DNA from: an uncultured Chloroflexia bacterium
Lineage (GTDB): Bacteria; Chloroflexota; Limnocylindria; QHBO01
Reading direction: 5' to 3'
DNA: 64,000 nucleotides
Assembly: GCA_963790255.1 (NCBI GenBank)
Contig: CAWBOA010000004.1
Span: 197,339 to 261,338 of the forward strand
This document shows, piece after piece, positions 1 through 8,980 of the stretch (position 1 is its first letter; each line of letters begins with the position of its first letter). Below the pieces are notes generated by a model, which saw only the letters and a program-made list of their open reading frames with translations, did not search any database and was not told the origin of the DNA. Position numbers and translations under genes: made by a program.

Positions 1-275
1 ACCTGCGTGAGGCCACGATCCAGCACATGCGTGGCATCGACGACCTCGCGCCGCTGGCGGAGGCACCGAACCTCGAGGTCGTCGCGGTGCAGGGCATGAA
101 GCACCTCGAGCCCGAGGTCCTGCGGCCGTTCGTCGACCATCCGCGATTGCGGGAGGCGTACCTCGGTTTCGGCAGCGATCGCAAGAACGCGGAGGCGTGG
201 GACCTCCTCCCCCTTGGACCGAAGCCGTTCAACTACGACGCGGCGAAGGCCCGTCGCGACCGAAGGCGTCGCTGA
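1..275 (+). CDS. hypothetical protein, C-terminal fragment (5' end outside window; leucine-rich-repeat-like spacing)
   Basis: The frame is open from the window edge (codons from nt 3: LREATIQHMRGIDD...) to TGA 273-275. Amino-acid composition is ordinary. No family recognised with certainty. Confidence 0.4.
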   Translation, partial: LREATIQHMRGIDDLAPLAEAPNLEVVAVQGMKHLEPEVLRPFVDHPRLREAYLGFGSDRKNAEAWDLLPLGPKPFNYDAAKARRDRRRR

Positions 276-373
276 GGCCGTACTACCCCTGCCGGACCTC
301 CCTACACTCGCATCGCCCGGCGAATGAGGCGTCGCCCAAGACGGCCCACCGGGCAGGACAGGAGGACCGTCAC

Positions 374-625
374 ATGATCGGCTGGGGCATCCTGCTCATC
401 GTCCTCGGCGCCGGATCGCTGCTGCTGCCACAGCTCGGCTTCCAGTTCCGCCTCATGGAGCTCCTCGAAGACTTCCAGCCGTACGCGGGGATCGCGGTGG
501 CGCTCATCGGCGCCGTCCTCGTCTACCTCGGGATGAACCGCGGCCAGACGACCGTCGAGGTCACACCCGCGCCATCCCAGCCCGCGCCACCCGCGGATGC
601 GGACGACCCACCGAGGCAGCCCTGA
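374..625 (+). CDS. small membrane protein (2 predicted TM helices, Pro/Ala-rich tail)
   Basis: ATG 374 is preceded by AGGAGG at 360-365 (8-nt spacing). Hydrophobic segments GWGILLIVLGAGSLLL and AGIAVALIGAVLVYLG. The upstream part of ORF 197..625 is Arg/Pro-rich junk. Confidence 0.55.
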   Translation: MIGWGILLIVLGAGSLLLPQLGFQFRLMELLEDFQPYAGIAVALIGAVLVYLGMNRGQTTVEVTPAPSQPAPPADADDPPRQP

Positions 626-638
626 CGGCGAGGCTCGT

Positions 639-1427
639 CTAGCGGTCGGCGACCGGGACGGGGGCCACGGCCCGCTCGACGTCGAATCGCAGGCCGAGCA
701 GCTCGGCGGTGCGGGGAACGTCGATCTCCGCCGCCAGCGTGACGACGGCCGGAACCGGCATCTCGCGCCGGGGGACGAGCCGGATGACGTGCGATCCGAC
801 CTCGGCCACGGCGAGGTCAGCGACCGCCCAGAAGTCGGTTCCCAGTGCGTCGTGGATGGAGGCCGCTGTCGATGGCGGGTCGGCGCTGGCCACGTCCAGT
901 CGCGCCAGGCTGACCGGCGCCCCGATCGGGTGCTGGAAGGCGGCGCGCTCCGCGATCGCGGCAAGGCTCCATTCGGCGCCGACGTTGGCGTGCTGGATGA
1001 GGAACGGCGTCGCGTCCGGCGCGAGGTCGGTCACCGGGAAGGCGACCCACCACTCGACGACCTCGCCGTCCGGGCGCGTTCGGGTGCCGTGGCTGACCGG
1101 ACCGAAGGTGCCGATGACGCCGAGCGCGGTCGACGTCGTCTCGAGGTCGGCGTCGCCGAGGGCGTACGTGGCGAGCCCTCCGCCGTGCTCCTCGAGGGCG
1201 CGAACCACGGCCGCCCCGACCGGGCCATGGCGCGCAAGGTCGGCGTCGTCGACCCCGACCAGCTCGAGGTAGCTGCCGTCGGCGAGCCAGACGATCCGGT
1301 TGCGCGTGCCTCGTCCCTCGTGGCGTCCACCGCCTCCGGCGACCAGGCCAAGCGTCGCCTCGAGATCCGCGGCGGCGGCGTCCGGATCGGTGCAGGCGAT
1401 GACGAGGTGGTCGATGCCTCGGATCAT
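639..1427 (-). CDS. VOC/glyoxalase-like domain protein
   Basis: Start trimmed to MIRGIDHLVIAC (CAT at 1425-1427), a typical VOC N-terminus. The ORF 639..1565 extension is low-complexity. A TAGCAT -10 box lies 7 nt upstream on the minus strand (plus coordinates 1435-1440). Confidence 0.65.
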   Translation of the reverse strand: MIRGIDHLVIACTDPDAAAADLEATLGLVAGGGGRHEGRGTRNRIVWLADGSYLELVGVDDADLARHGPVGAAVVRALEEHGGGLATYALGDADLETTSTALGVIGTFGPVSHGTRTRPDGEVVEWWVAFPVTDLAPDATPFLIQHANVGAEWSLAAIAERAAFQHPIGAPVSLARLDVASADPPSTAASIHDALGTDFWAVADLAVAEVGSHVIRLVPRREMPVPAVVTLAAEIDVPRTAELLGLRFDVERAVAPVPVADR

Positions 1428-1434
1428 GCCGACG

Positions 1435-1457
1435 ATGCTAGCAGCATCAGCTAGGCT
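1435..1457. promoter_or_regulatory. divergent pair of -10-like hexamers in a 40-bp intergenic region
   Basis: Minus-strand TAGCAT (1435-1440) lies 7 nt from start 1427. Plus-strand TAGGCT (1452-1457) lies 10 nt from ATG 1468. No Shine-Dalgarno motif on either side. Confidence 0.4.
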
Positions 1458-1467
1458 CACCGGACCG

Positions 1468-2271
1468 ATGAATCCTGCCGACGAGCGGCCCGCACCGGGC
1501 TCCCATGACCGCAGCGTGCCGTCAGGCTCTCTCGAGGAGAGCGCCGCGAACCTGTTCGACGCCATGCTCGCCGCGCGCGAAGCTGAGGAGCGCGGCGAGC
1601 GACGGCCCGCTCGACGCCTTCTACCGCACGCTGATGAGCGGGACGCTGCTCCTGCCGGTCCCGCCTGAGCACGGCGAGGAGGCGAAGGCGGCCCTGGCGT
1701 CGGCCGTCAACGATGACGAGCAGGTCGAGATCAGCGTCATGCTGGCCCGCGAGCCGGGCGGCGGCACGGTGAGCGTCGTCTTCGCCTCGTTCGCGGCGCT
1801 GGCCGCGTGGGCGCCGGCCCAGACCGGCAACCTGCCGCTTCCCGCGCGGATCGCGATCGCGAACCTGGCCGCGGCCGGCATGCCGGCGATCATGGACCCG
1901 GCCGGCCCCGTTCCCTATCGCTTCGACGCGGACGAGCTCGTGGCGCTTGCCGATGGCCGCCTGCCTGGCACCGATGAGCCGCTCTTCGAGCCGACCGCTC
2001 GCGGCGTCGATCCGCGTGCGCATTCCGGGACGCGACACCCGTGACCTGGAGGCGGCGCTGTCGGGCGCGCTGCGCGACACCGCGGTCGACGCCGCCTACC
2101 TCGTCGAGACGGATGCCGCCGACGGTCACGCGCGGCTGCTGCTCGGGCTGCGTCGGCGTGCCCGGCGCCTCGGCCACGGTCGACGTCCCGGACGGGACCG
2201 ACGTCGTCTGGCTCGAGGAGCCGCTCCTCGCCCAGGTCCGCGCGGTCGCCGAGCCGTTCCACCGCCGATGA
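1468..2271 (+). pseudogene. SseB-family-like protein, interrupted by about 3 frameshifts
   Basis: Segments read across three frames. The first is MNPADE...FDAMLAAREAEE (frame of ORF 1300..1668). The second is DGPLDAFYRTLMSGTLLLPVPPEH...VSVVFASFAALAAW...FEP (ORF 1505..2044). The third is IRVRIPGRDTRDLEAALSGALRDTAVDAAYLVETDAADGHARLLLGL (ORF 1947..), followed by PGASATVDVPDGTDVVWLEEPLLAQVRAVAEPFHRR* (ORF 2041..2271). Hand-offs are near 1600, 2000 and 2150. The family call is from memory of SseB N- and C-domain patterns. Confidence 0.45.
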
Positions 2272-3062
2272 GACGGCCTGCGTCGTCGACGCGCGATGGG
2301 CCGTTCGCGCGCGTGACGCTGGACCGGCCGGACGTCCGCAACGCGTTCAACGCGGACCTGATCGCGTCCCTGCGCCAGACCTTCGAGGCCCTCGCACGCG
2401 AGCCGGCCGACCGCGCTGCGCGGCGTGGTGCTGGCGGGGTCGGGCCGGTCTTCTGCGCCGGCGCCGACGTCGAGTGGATGCGGGCGTCGGTCGGCCTGTC
2501 GGTCGACGAGAACGAGCGCGACGCGGCAGCGATGCAGGCGATGTTCACGGCCATCGACGCCTGCCCGGCGCCCGTGATCGCGCGCGTCCACGGCGCGGCG
2601 CTCGGCGGTGGCATGGGGCTGTGCGCCGTGGCCGACATCGTGGTCGCGACCGCCGACACGACGCTTCGGCTTCACGGAGGCCCGGCTCGGCATCATCCCG
2701 GCCGTCATCAGCACGTTCGTGCTGCCGAAGATCGGCGAGTCGCACGCCCGCGCACTCTTCGTCAGCGGCGCGCGCTTCGACGCGGAGCGGGCGCAGCGGA
2801 TCGGCCTCGTGCACGAGGTCGTGGCCGACGAGGCGGCGCTCGACGCGCGGGTCGAGGCGCTGCGTGCGCGAGCTGCTCGCCGCCGGCCCGACCGCCGTGC
2901 GTGCGGCAAAGGCCCTCGTGCGCGAGCTCCGCGACGCTCTCACCCGACGAGGCGCGTCGCCACACCGTGCGGCATATCGCCCAGCAGCGCGCGTCGGCCG
3001 AAGGGCAGGAAGGGCTCGGCGCCTTCCTCGACAAGCGCCCGCCGTCCTGGGACACGGACTGA
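2268..3062 (+). pseudogene. enoyl-CoA hydratase/isomerase family (methylglutaconyl-CoA hydratase-like by context), about 3 frameshifts
   Basis: ATG 2268 overlaps the upstream stop (ATGA). The crotonase pattern reads FARVTLDRPDVRNAFN...FCAGADVEWM...VIARVHGAALGGGMGLCAVADIVVA, then FGFTEARLGIIPAVISTFVLPKIG...GLVHEVV (ORF 2608.. frame). It continues LLAAGPTAVRAAKALVREL (ORF 2474.. frame) and ends EGQEGLGAFLDKRPPSW* (original frame). Hand-offs are near 2660, 2870 and 2935. Confidence 0.7.
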
Positions 3063-3097
3063 GCGGGACTCCTCTGCGACAATCGCGACATGACCTG

Positions 3098-5136
3098 ATG
3101 ACCGCTGACGCCCCGCCAGGTCGCGGCGGAGCTCGGCGTCACGGTCCGTACCGTCCAGCGCTGGATCGCCGATGGCCGGCTGCCCGCGGAGCGTGTCGGC
3201 AGCCGGGTCCGCGTGTCGCGTTCGTCGCTGTCGGTCGTTGCCAGCGGCGGCCCGGCTAGCCCCGCGTCCATCCGCTCGCTGCTCGTCGCCAACCGGGGCG
3301 AGATCGTCGAGCGCGTGGCGCGCACGGCCCGCCGGCTCGGCATCGAGGTCATCGGCGTCCACGTCGCCGATGAGCGACCGCCCGACGGGCGTCGACGCGG
3401 CGCACGTGATCGACTCGTACCTCGACGCCGACGAGATCGTCGCGCGTGGCGACGCGCACCGGCGCCGACGCGATCCATCCCGGCTACGGCTTCCTCGCCG
3501 AGAACCCGGCCTTCGCCGAGCGCCGTGACGGCCGCCGGGCCTGGCCTGGGTCGGACCGCCGGCGACGGCCATCGCGGCCATGGGCGACAAGGCCGCCGCG
3601 CGGCGGCGAGCCGCGGACCTCGGCGTGCCGGTCGTCCCTGGCTACGACGGCGACGCCCAGGACGACGCGAGCCTGGCGGCCGCGGCGGAGCGGGATCGGC
3701 TACCCGCTCCTCGTCAAGCCCTCGGCGGGCGGCGGGGGAAAGGGCATGCGCGTCGTGCGCGCGGCCGGCGAGCTGGCAGACGCCCTGGCAGCGGCGCGGC
3801 GGGAGGCCCAGCGCGCGTTCGGCGACGACCGGCTCATCCTCGAGCGCTACCTCGAGGGAACGCGGCACGTCGAGGTCCAGGTCCTGTTCGACCACCACGG
3901 CGCCGGCGTCCACCTCGGCGAGCGCGACTGCTAGCGCCCAGCGGCGCAACCAGAAGATCGTGGAGGAGGCGCCGGCCCCGTCGGTGAGCGCGGACGCTCC
4001 GCAGAGCGAATGGGCGATGCGGCGCTGGCGGTGGCCGCGGGCATCGGCTACGCGAGCGCCGGGACGGTCGAGATGCTCCTGGCCGATGACGGGGAGTTCT
4101 TCTTCCTCGAGATGAACACGCGGCTCCAGGTCGAGCACCCGGTGACCGAGGCAGTGACGGGTCGCGACCTCGTGGCCGACCAGCTTCGGATCGCGGCCGG
4201 CGCGACCCTGGCGGATCTCGGCCTCAGCGGCGCGCCACCGATCAGGGGCCACGCCATCGAGGCGCGCGTCTACGCCGAGGATCCCGAGTCGGGGTTCCTG
4301 CCCGCGACCGGCTCGTCGAGCTGCCTCAGCTGGCCCGATGGCGTGCGGGTCGATACCGGCATCGCGGAGGGCGACCGGGTCAGCGACCGATTCGACCCGA
4401 TGCTTGCCAAGGTCATCGCTCACGGCCCGACGCGCGAGGAGGCGCTGCGCCGCCTGCGGACGGCGCTCGATGAGACCCGTCATCCTCGGGGTCCGCACCA
4501 ACCTCCGATTCCTGCGATGGCTGCTCGCGCAGCCGCGCGATGCGCGACGGGGAGGTGCGGACCGACACGCTCGAGCGAGTCGAGCTCCCCGGTCCGCCGA
4601 CCATCGAGGAAGCGCACTGGGAGGCGGCCGCGCTCACGGCGGCTCCTGGCATGACCCAGCCGTGGGACGACGGCTGGCGGCTCAACGCGCCGCGCGTGCG
4701 CCGCCTCCGCGCCGGCGAGGAGGAGCGAACGGTCGCGCTGTCGGTGCCCGCCGCGGACGAGGCCGCTGGGCCGGGGCCGCTCGCCATCCAGGGCCGGTCG
4801 GCGATCCACGTCGAGGTCGACGGGCAGAGCATCGAATTCACGCCGGCCCCGCCACCCACGATCGAGGAGGCGGTGCGCCACGCGATCGACCGGCTCGGAC
4901 GGCCACGCCGCCACGCTGACGGCGCCGATGCCCGGGCGCGTCATCGCCATCCGCGCGTCGCCCGGCTCGGAAGTGCGGGCCCAGCAGGCCATCGTGGTGA
5001 TCGAGGCGATGAAGATGGAGCACGCCGTGGTCGCGCCGGTCGGGACGGCGTCCTGTCGCGGATCGAGGTGACCGACGGCCAACAGGTGCAGCGCGGCGAC
5101 CTCCTCGGCGAAGTGACGCCGGCGTCTGAGGCATGA
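3098..5136 (+). pseudogene. acyl-CoA (methylcrotonyl-CoA-type) carboxylase alpha subunit: N-terminal excisionase/MerR-like HTH + biotin carboxylase + biotinyl (BCCP) domain; about 12 frameshifts
   Basis: The HTH LTPRQVAAELGVTVRTVQRWIADGRLPAERVGSRVRVSRSSL is in the same frame as LLVANRGEIV. Biotin carboxylase motifs are spread over all three frames: HPGYGFLAEN, MGDKAAAR, YPLLVKPSAGGGGKGMRVV, GERDC then (T insertion, TAG 3930-3932) [45 protein letters not shown]. The biotin site is IVVIEAMKMEHAVVAP. The stop overlaps the next gene's ATG (ATGA 5133-5136). The start is ambiguous: ATG 3098 is one frame off the HTH frame. Confidence 0.75.
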
Positions 5137-6050
5137 TCAGCGGGATGGAAGATCGCGACATCCGGGTCTACGAGGTCGGCCCACGTGACGGGCTGCAGAA
5201 CGAAGCGGCCCCGATCCCGACCGATGCCAAGCTCCGCTTCATCGACCTCCTCGCCGAGGCGGGGCTGCGCGAGATCGAGTCGACCAGCTTCGTGGCGCCG
5301 GCCGCCATCCCGCAGCTCGCCGACGCCGACGACCTCATGCGGCGCCTCGACCGGCGTCCCGGCGTCCGCTACCCGGTGCTCGTCCCGAACGCCCGGGGCC
5401 TGGAGCGGGCCGAGCGCGCCGGAGCCGATGCGGTCTGCGTCTTCACGGCCGCGTCCGAGTCCTTCACCCGGCACAACATCAATATGTCGATCGCCGAGTC
5501 GATCGATGCCTTCGCACCGGTCATCTCCGCGGCTCGCGAGCGCGGGTGGTGGAGCCGCGGTTACGTGAGCACCGCCTTCGGCTGCCCGTACGAGGGTCGC
5601 GTCGACGCGTCGGCCGTCGTCGATGTGGCCCATCGGCTGCTCGAGCTGGGCGTCGACGAGCTCAGCATCGGCGACACGATCGGGGTGGCCGGGCCGGCCG
5701 ACGTCCGCCGCGTGGTCGGCGCGCTCGTGTCGGACGGCATCGGCGTCGAGCGGCTCGCGATGCACTTCCACGACACCCGCGGGACGGGGCTGGCCAACGC
5801 CGCGGCGGCGCTCGAGCTCGGCGTCCGATGCCTCGACGCCTCGACCGGCGGGACCGGTGGCTGCCCCTACGCGCCCGGGGCAGCGGGCAACCTGGCCACC
5901 GAGGACCTCGTCTACCTGCTCGATCGGGAGGGCCTGCGCCATGGCGTCGACCTCGACGCACTGCTGGCGGCGGCAAGGCATGTCAGTGACACGCTGGGTC
6001 GCCCGCTGAGCACAAAGGTGGGCCAGGCCGGTGGCTGGCGACTACCATAG
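5133..6050 (+). CDS. hydroxymethylglutaryl-CoA lyase
   Basis: Intact 305-aa ORF with the HMGL-like signature VYEVGPRDGLQNE...IESTSFV...HFHDTRGTGLANAAAALELG. ATGA coupling to the upstream carboxylase remnant. Confidence 0.85.
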   Translation: MISGMEDRDIRVYEVGPRDGLQNEAAPIPTDAKLRFIDLLAEAGLREIESTSFVAPAAIPQLADADDLMRRLDRRPGVRYPVLVPNARGLERAERAGADAVCVFTAASESFTRHNINMSIAESIDAFAPVISAARERGWWSRGYVSTAFGCPYEGRVDASAVVDVAHRLLELGVDELSIGDTIGVAGPADVRRVVGALVSDGIGVERLAMHFHDTRGTGLANAAAALELGVRCLDASTGGTGGCPYAPGAAGNLATEDLVYLLDREGLRHGVDLDALLAAARHVSDTLGRPLSTKVGQAGGWRLP

Positions 6051-6057
6051 GCCGCCG

Positions 6058-7044
6058 ATGGAGACCGACGAGTCCCCACAGCCCGCGCCGCGTCCCCTGG
6101 TCCTCGACGTCGACACCGGGATCGACGACATGATCGCCCTGCTCATCGCGGCCACGAGCCCCGAGATCAACCTGCGGGGCGTCACCTGCGTCGCCGGCAA
6201 CGTCGAGATCCATCACGTGGCGCGCAACACCGGCAAGCTGCTGCGAATGGTTGGTCGAGGCGACGTGCCGGTCAGCATCGGTGCCGCCCGTCCGCTTCAG
6301 CGGCGCCTGCGGACGGCACCTGACACGCACGGGCCGACCGGCACCGGATACGTCGAGCTTCGCGGCGAGGATCGCCAGCTCGGCACGACCGAGTACACCG
6401 CCATCCCGGCCAGTCGATACCTGGGCGCCCACGTGAGCCGCCACCCCGGTGAGATGTCGATCGTCGCCCTCGGGCCGCTGACCAACCTCGCCTCCGCGAC
6501 GCAGGCCGGCGTCGACCTGGCCGGCTCCGCGCGCGACGTGATCTGGATGGGAGGCACGCTCGAGGAGCGCGGGAACACGACCGAGACCGGCGAGTGGAAC
6601 GCGTGCGTCGACCCGGAGGCGACCGAGATCTGCCTGGCGGCCGGCTCGATCCACCGCATCTTTCCCCTCGACGCAACCCAGGACGTCCTCTTCACCATGG
6701 ACGACCTGAAGGCGCTGCCCGAGACGCACCTGGCGGGCGTGGTCCGTGACGCGGTGCGCTTCTATGTCGGCTTCCATCAGCGGGCCGACGGGCTCGACGG
6801 TGCCTATCTGCACGACCCGGTCGTGCTCATCGCGTCGCTCCTGCGCCCTGACCTCGTCACCGAGACGGTGACCGAGACGCTCGCATGCGACACGAGCACG
6901 GACGCCTACCTCGCCGGCAGCCTCTACCGCTCCGAGGTACCCGGCAGGCGGCCGGTATCGGTGGCGATCGCGATTGACCCTGAGGGGATGAAGGCCGAGC
7001 TCCTGACCCGGCTCGGACGCGCCGTCAGCGCCCCGTACAGCTGA
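6058..7044 (+). CDS. nucleoside hydrolase (inosine/uridine-preferring, IUNH family)
   Basis: The N-terminal aspartate cluster LVLDVDTGIDDMIALLIA matches the DXDXXXDD motif. Start taken at ATG 6058 (METDES...). The ORF-track GTG 6031 would overlap the HMG-CoA lyase gene by 20 nt. Confidence 0.8.
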   Translation: METDESPQPAPRPLVLDVDTGIDDMIALLIAATSPEINLRGVTCVAGNVEIHHVARNTGKLLRMVGRGDVPVSIGAARPLQRRLRTAPDTHGPTGTGYVELRGEDRQLGTTEYTAIPASRYLGAHVSRHPGEMSIVALGPLTNLASATQAGVDLAGSARDVIWMGGTLEERGNTTETGEWNACVDPEATEICLAAGSIHRIFPLDATQDVLFTMDDLKALPETHLAGVVRDAVRFYVGFHQRADGLDGAYLHDPVVLIASLLRPDLVTETVTETLACDTSTDAYLAGSLYRSEVPGRRPVSVAIAIDPEGMKAELLTRLGRAVSAPYS

Positions 7045-7079
7045 CGCGCACCGCACACATCGGAGGAGAGGAACCACCC

Positions 7080-8174
7080 ATGATCGTTCGCTGGATCGCC
7101 GCGCTCACTGCGTTCATCGTCGTGATCGTCATCGGGATGGTCACGATCGGGGACTTCGGGACCGGCATTGACACCGGCAACTTCTTCGACACCGAGGGCG
7201 CCAACTCGTTCGCGCTCATCGGCGCCGTCGCCCTCGTCGTGGCGTTCATCGTGTACGCCGCGGTCGAGTACGCCCAGACCGGCGGATTCGGGTCGATCGC
7301 GTCACAGTTCGACACCCGCACGATCGTGCTCATGCCGATCGCGGTGGCGATCAACATCATCCTCGGCGCGACGGTCGCCAATGCGCTCAAGATCCCGATC
7401 TATCTCGACAGCATCGGGACGATCCTCGTCGGCGCCCTCGCTGGCCCGGTCGCCGGCGCACTCACCGGATTCCTGTCCAACACGCTGTGGACGTACGTCG
7501 TCCCGCCGCCCTTCCAGAACGGCCCAGCGGCCGCATTCGGGATCGTGGCGGTCGTCATCGGCGTCCTCGCCGGCCTGGCCGGCCGCGCCGGGTGGCTTCG
7601 TCCGCGACCGAACCGCAGCAGCAGCGAGCTCATCGTCGGCGGCCTGATCGCCGTCCTCATCGTCGTGGGGCTGGGGCTGTACGCCTACACCCGCTTCTAC
7701 GGGGAGACCTTCGAGTTCTTCAATCCCGACAACGCCGACGTGCTCTTCACGGTGCTTGCCTGGCTGGTCGGGCTCATCTTCGTGGCCTTCATCGTCGGGT
7801 TCCTCGGCCTCCTGTTCGTCCGACGTGACCTGACGGTCGCGTACGTGACGGTCGCCGGGGTCGCGACCGGGGTCATCGCGGCCCTCATCAGCGCGCCGAT
7901 TGCCGCCAACGTCTTCGGCGGCGTCACCGGCGGCGGAACGGACTTCCTGGTTGCCGCCTTTCGGCAGGCGGGCGCTGACCTGCAGACGGCCACCTTCCAG
8001 CAGGGCCTGCTGTCCGACCCGGTCGACAAGCTGGTGACCTTCTTCGTGGTCTACCTCATCCTCGCCGCCATGGCGCGCCGGACGAAGGCGAGGTTCCCGC
8101 AGGGCGAGCAGCTCGTCGAGGCCGGCGATCCCGATGCGGCCGAGGGAGGCGAGTGGCGGGGGGCGACGGCCTGA
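7080..8174 (+). CDS. large polytopic membrane protein, ECF-transporter substrate-capture (S) component-like
   Basis: 364 aa with about 9 hydrophobic helices. It sits immediately upstream of, and overlaps, an EcfT/EcfA/EcfA' set. The core IVLMPIAVAINIILGATVA...DSIGTILVGALAGPVAGALTGFLSN resembles S-component helices. Family not verified. Confidence 0.55.
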   Translation: MIVRWIAALTAFIVVIVIGMVTIGDFGTGIDTGNFFDTEGANSFALIGAVALVVAFIVYAAVEYAQTGGFGSIASQFDTRTIVLMPIAVAINIILGATVANALKIPIYLDSIGTILVGALAGPVAGALTGFLSNTLWTYVVPPPFQNGPAAAFGIVAVVIGVLAGLAGRAGWLRPRPNRSSSELIVGGLIAVLIVVGLGLYAYTRFYGETFEFFNPDNADVLFTVLAWLVGLIFVAFIVGFLGLLFVRRDLTVAYVTVAGVATGVIAALISAPIAANVFGGVTGGGTDFLVAAFRQAGADLQTATFQQGLLSDPVDKLVTFFVVYLILAAMARRTKARFPQGEQLVEAGDPDAAEGGEWRGATA

Positions 8175-8980
8175 GCGACGCTCCGGCCGCGATCCGGGGC
8201 GTCCCCGACGTCGTCGGGCGCCCCGGCCCCAGCCCGGTCCATCGCCTCAACCCGCTCACGAAGGCCACGCTGGCCACGACCACCGCGATCGCCGCCGTGG
8301 CGCTCGGCGGCCTCGTGGGTCCTCTGGTGCTCGTCGGCGTGGCGGTCGTCGTCCCCGCCCTGATCGGTGGCGTGCTCGGTCGGCTCGTCCGCACCGCCCT
8401 CCTCCTGGCGCTGCCGATCGCGCTCTCCGCGTTCCTCGTCAACCTCTTCTTCTTCCCCGGGGCGCGCGTCGTCCTCTTCCGGATTGGACCGATCGTGGCA
8501 ACCGGCGAGGGGCTGGCCTTCGCGCTCGAGATCCTGGTCCGGATCCTCGCCATCAGCGGCGCGGTGACGCTCTTCTACCTGACGACGCGCCCGGCCGACC
8601 TCGTGGTCGACCTCGAGCGCCGCGGCGTCAGCCCCCGAGTGGGGTTCGTCGCCAACGCGTCGGTGCAGACCGTGCCGGCCATGGTCGAGCGCGCGGCACA
8701 GATCACCGCCGCGCAGCGGGCGCGTGGCCTCGACACGGAAGGCTCGGTCTGGCATCGGGTGAGAGGGATCGTCCCGATCGTCGGGCCGGTGATCCTGGGG
8801 TCGATCGCGGAGGTCGAGGAGCGCACGATGGCGCTCGAGGCGCGTGGCTTCACCCGGCCCGGCAGGCGCACCCTGCTCTGGGCACCCGCCGACACCCGGG
8901 TCGAGGCGGTCGCCCGCTGGGCGATGCTGGCGGCGCTGATCGCGCTCATCGCTCTCCGGATCGCCGGAGCGTGGTCGTGA
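8153..8980 (+). CDS. ecfT: energy-coupling factor transporter transmembrane (T) component, CbiQ/EcfT family
   Basis: GTG 8153 lies just after GAGGGAGG. Multi-TM protein with the C-terminal coupling-helix region ERRGVSPRVGFVANASVQTVPAMVERAAQITAAQRARG...EERTMALEARGF, typical of EcfT. Confidence 0.75.
   Translation: MAGGDGLSDAPAAIRGVPDVVGRPGPSPVHRLNPLTKATLATTTAIAAVALGGLVGPLVLVGVAVVVPALIGGVLGRLVRTALLLALPIALSAFLVNLFFFPGARVVLFRIGPIVATGEGLAFALEILVRILAISGAVTLFYLTTRPADLVVDLERRGVSPRVGFVANASVQTVPAMVERAAQITAAQRARGLDTEGSVWHRVRGIVPIVGPVILGSIAEVEERTMALEARGFTRPGRRTLLWAPADTRVEAVARWAMLAALIALIALRIAGAWS

Noticed and set aside
3930-3932. In-frame TAG within the biotin carboxylase motif GERDC*, considered as possible stop-codon recoding.
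   Set aside because: Removing a single T restores the canonical [19 protein letters not shown] sequence. It is one of about a dozen indel-type breaks in the same gene, and there is no recoding context.
2762-4501. 579-aa minus-strand ORF, one of the longest in the track.
   Set aside because: It is antisense to the recognisable biotin carboxylase segments. It is extremely Arg/Pro/Ala/Gly-rich, with no motif of any family. This is the typical spurious antisense ORF of high-GC DNA.
8134-8976. The N-terminal 280 aa of the 551-aa ORF would make a giant EcfA fusion.
   Set aside because: This part is Arg/Pro-rich and overlaps ecfT in another frame. The ATPase begins naturally at GTG 8977, with a GTGA overlap to the ecfT stop.
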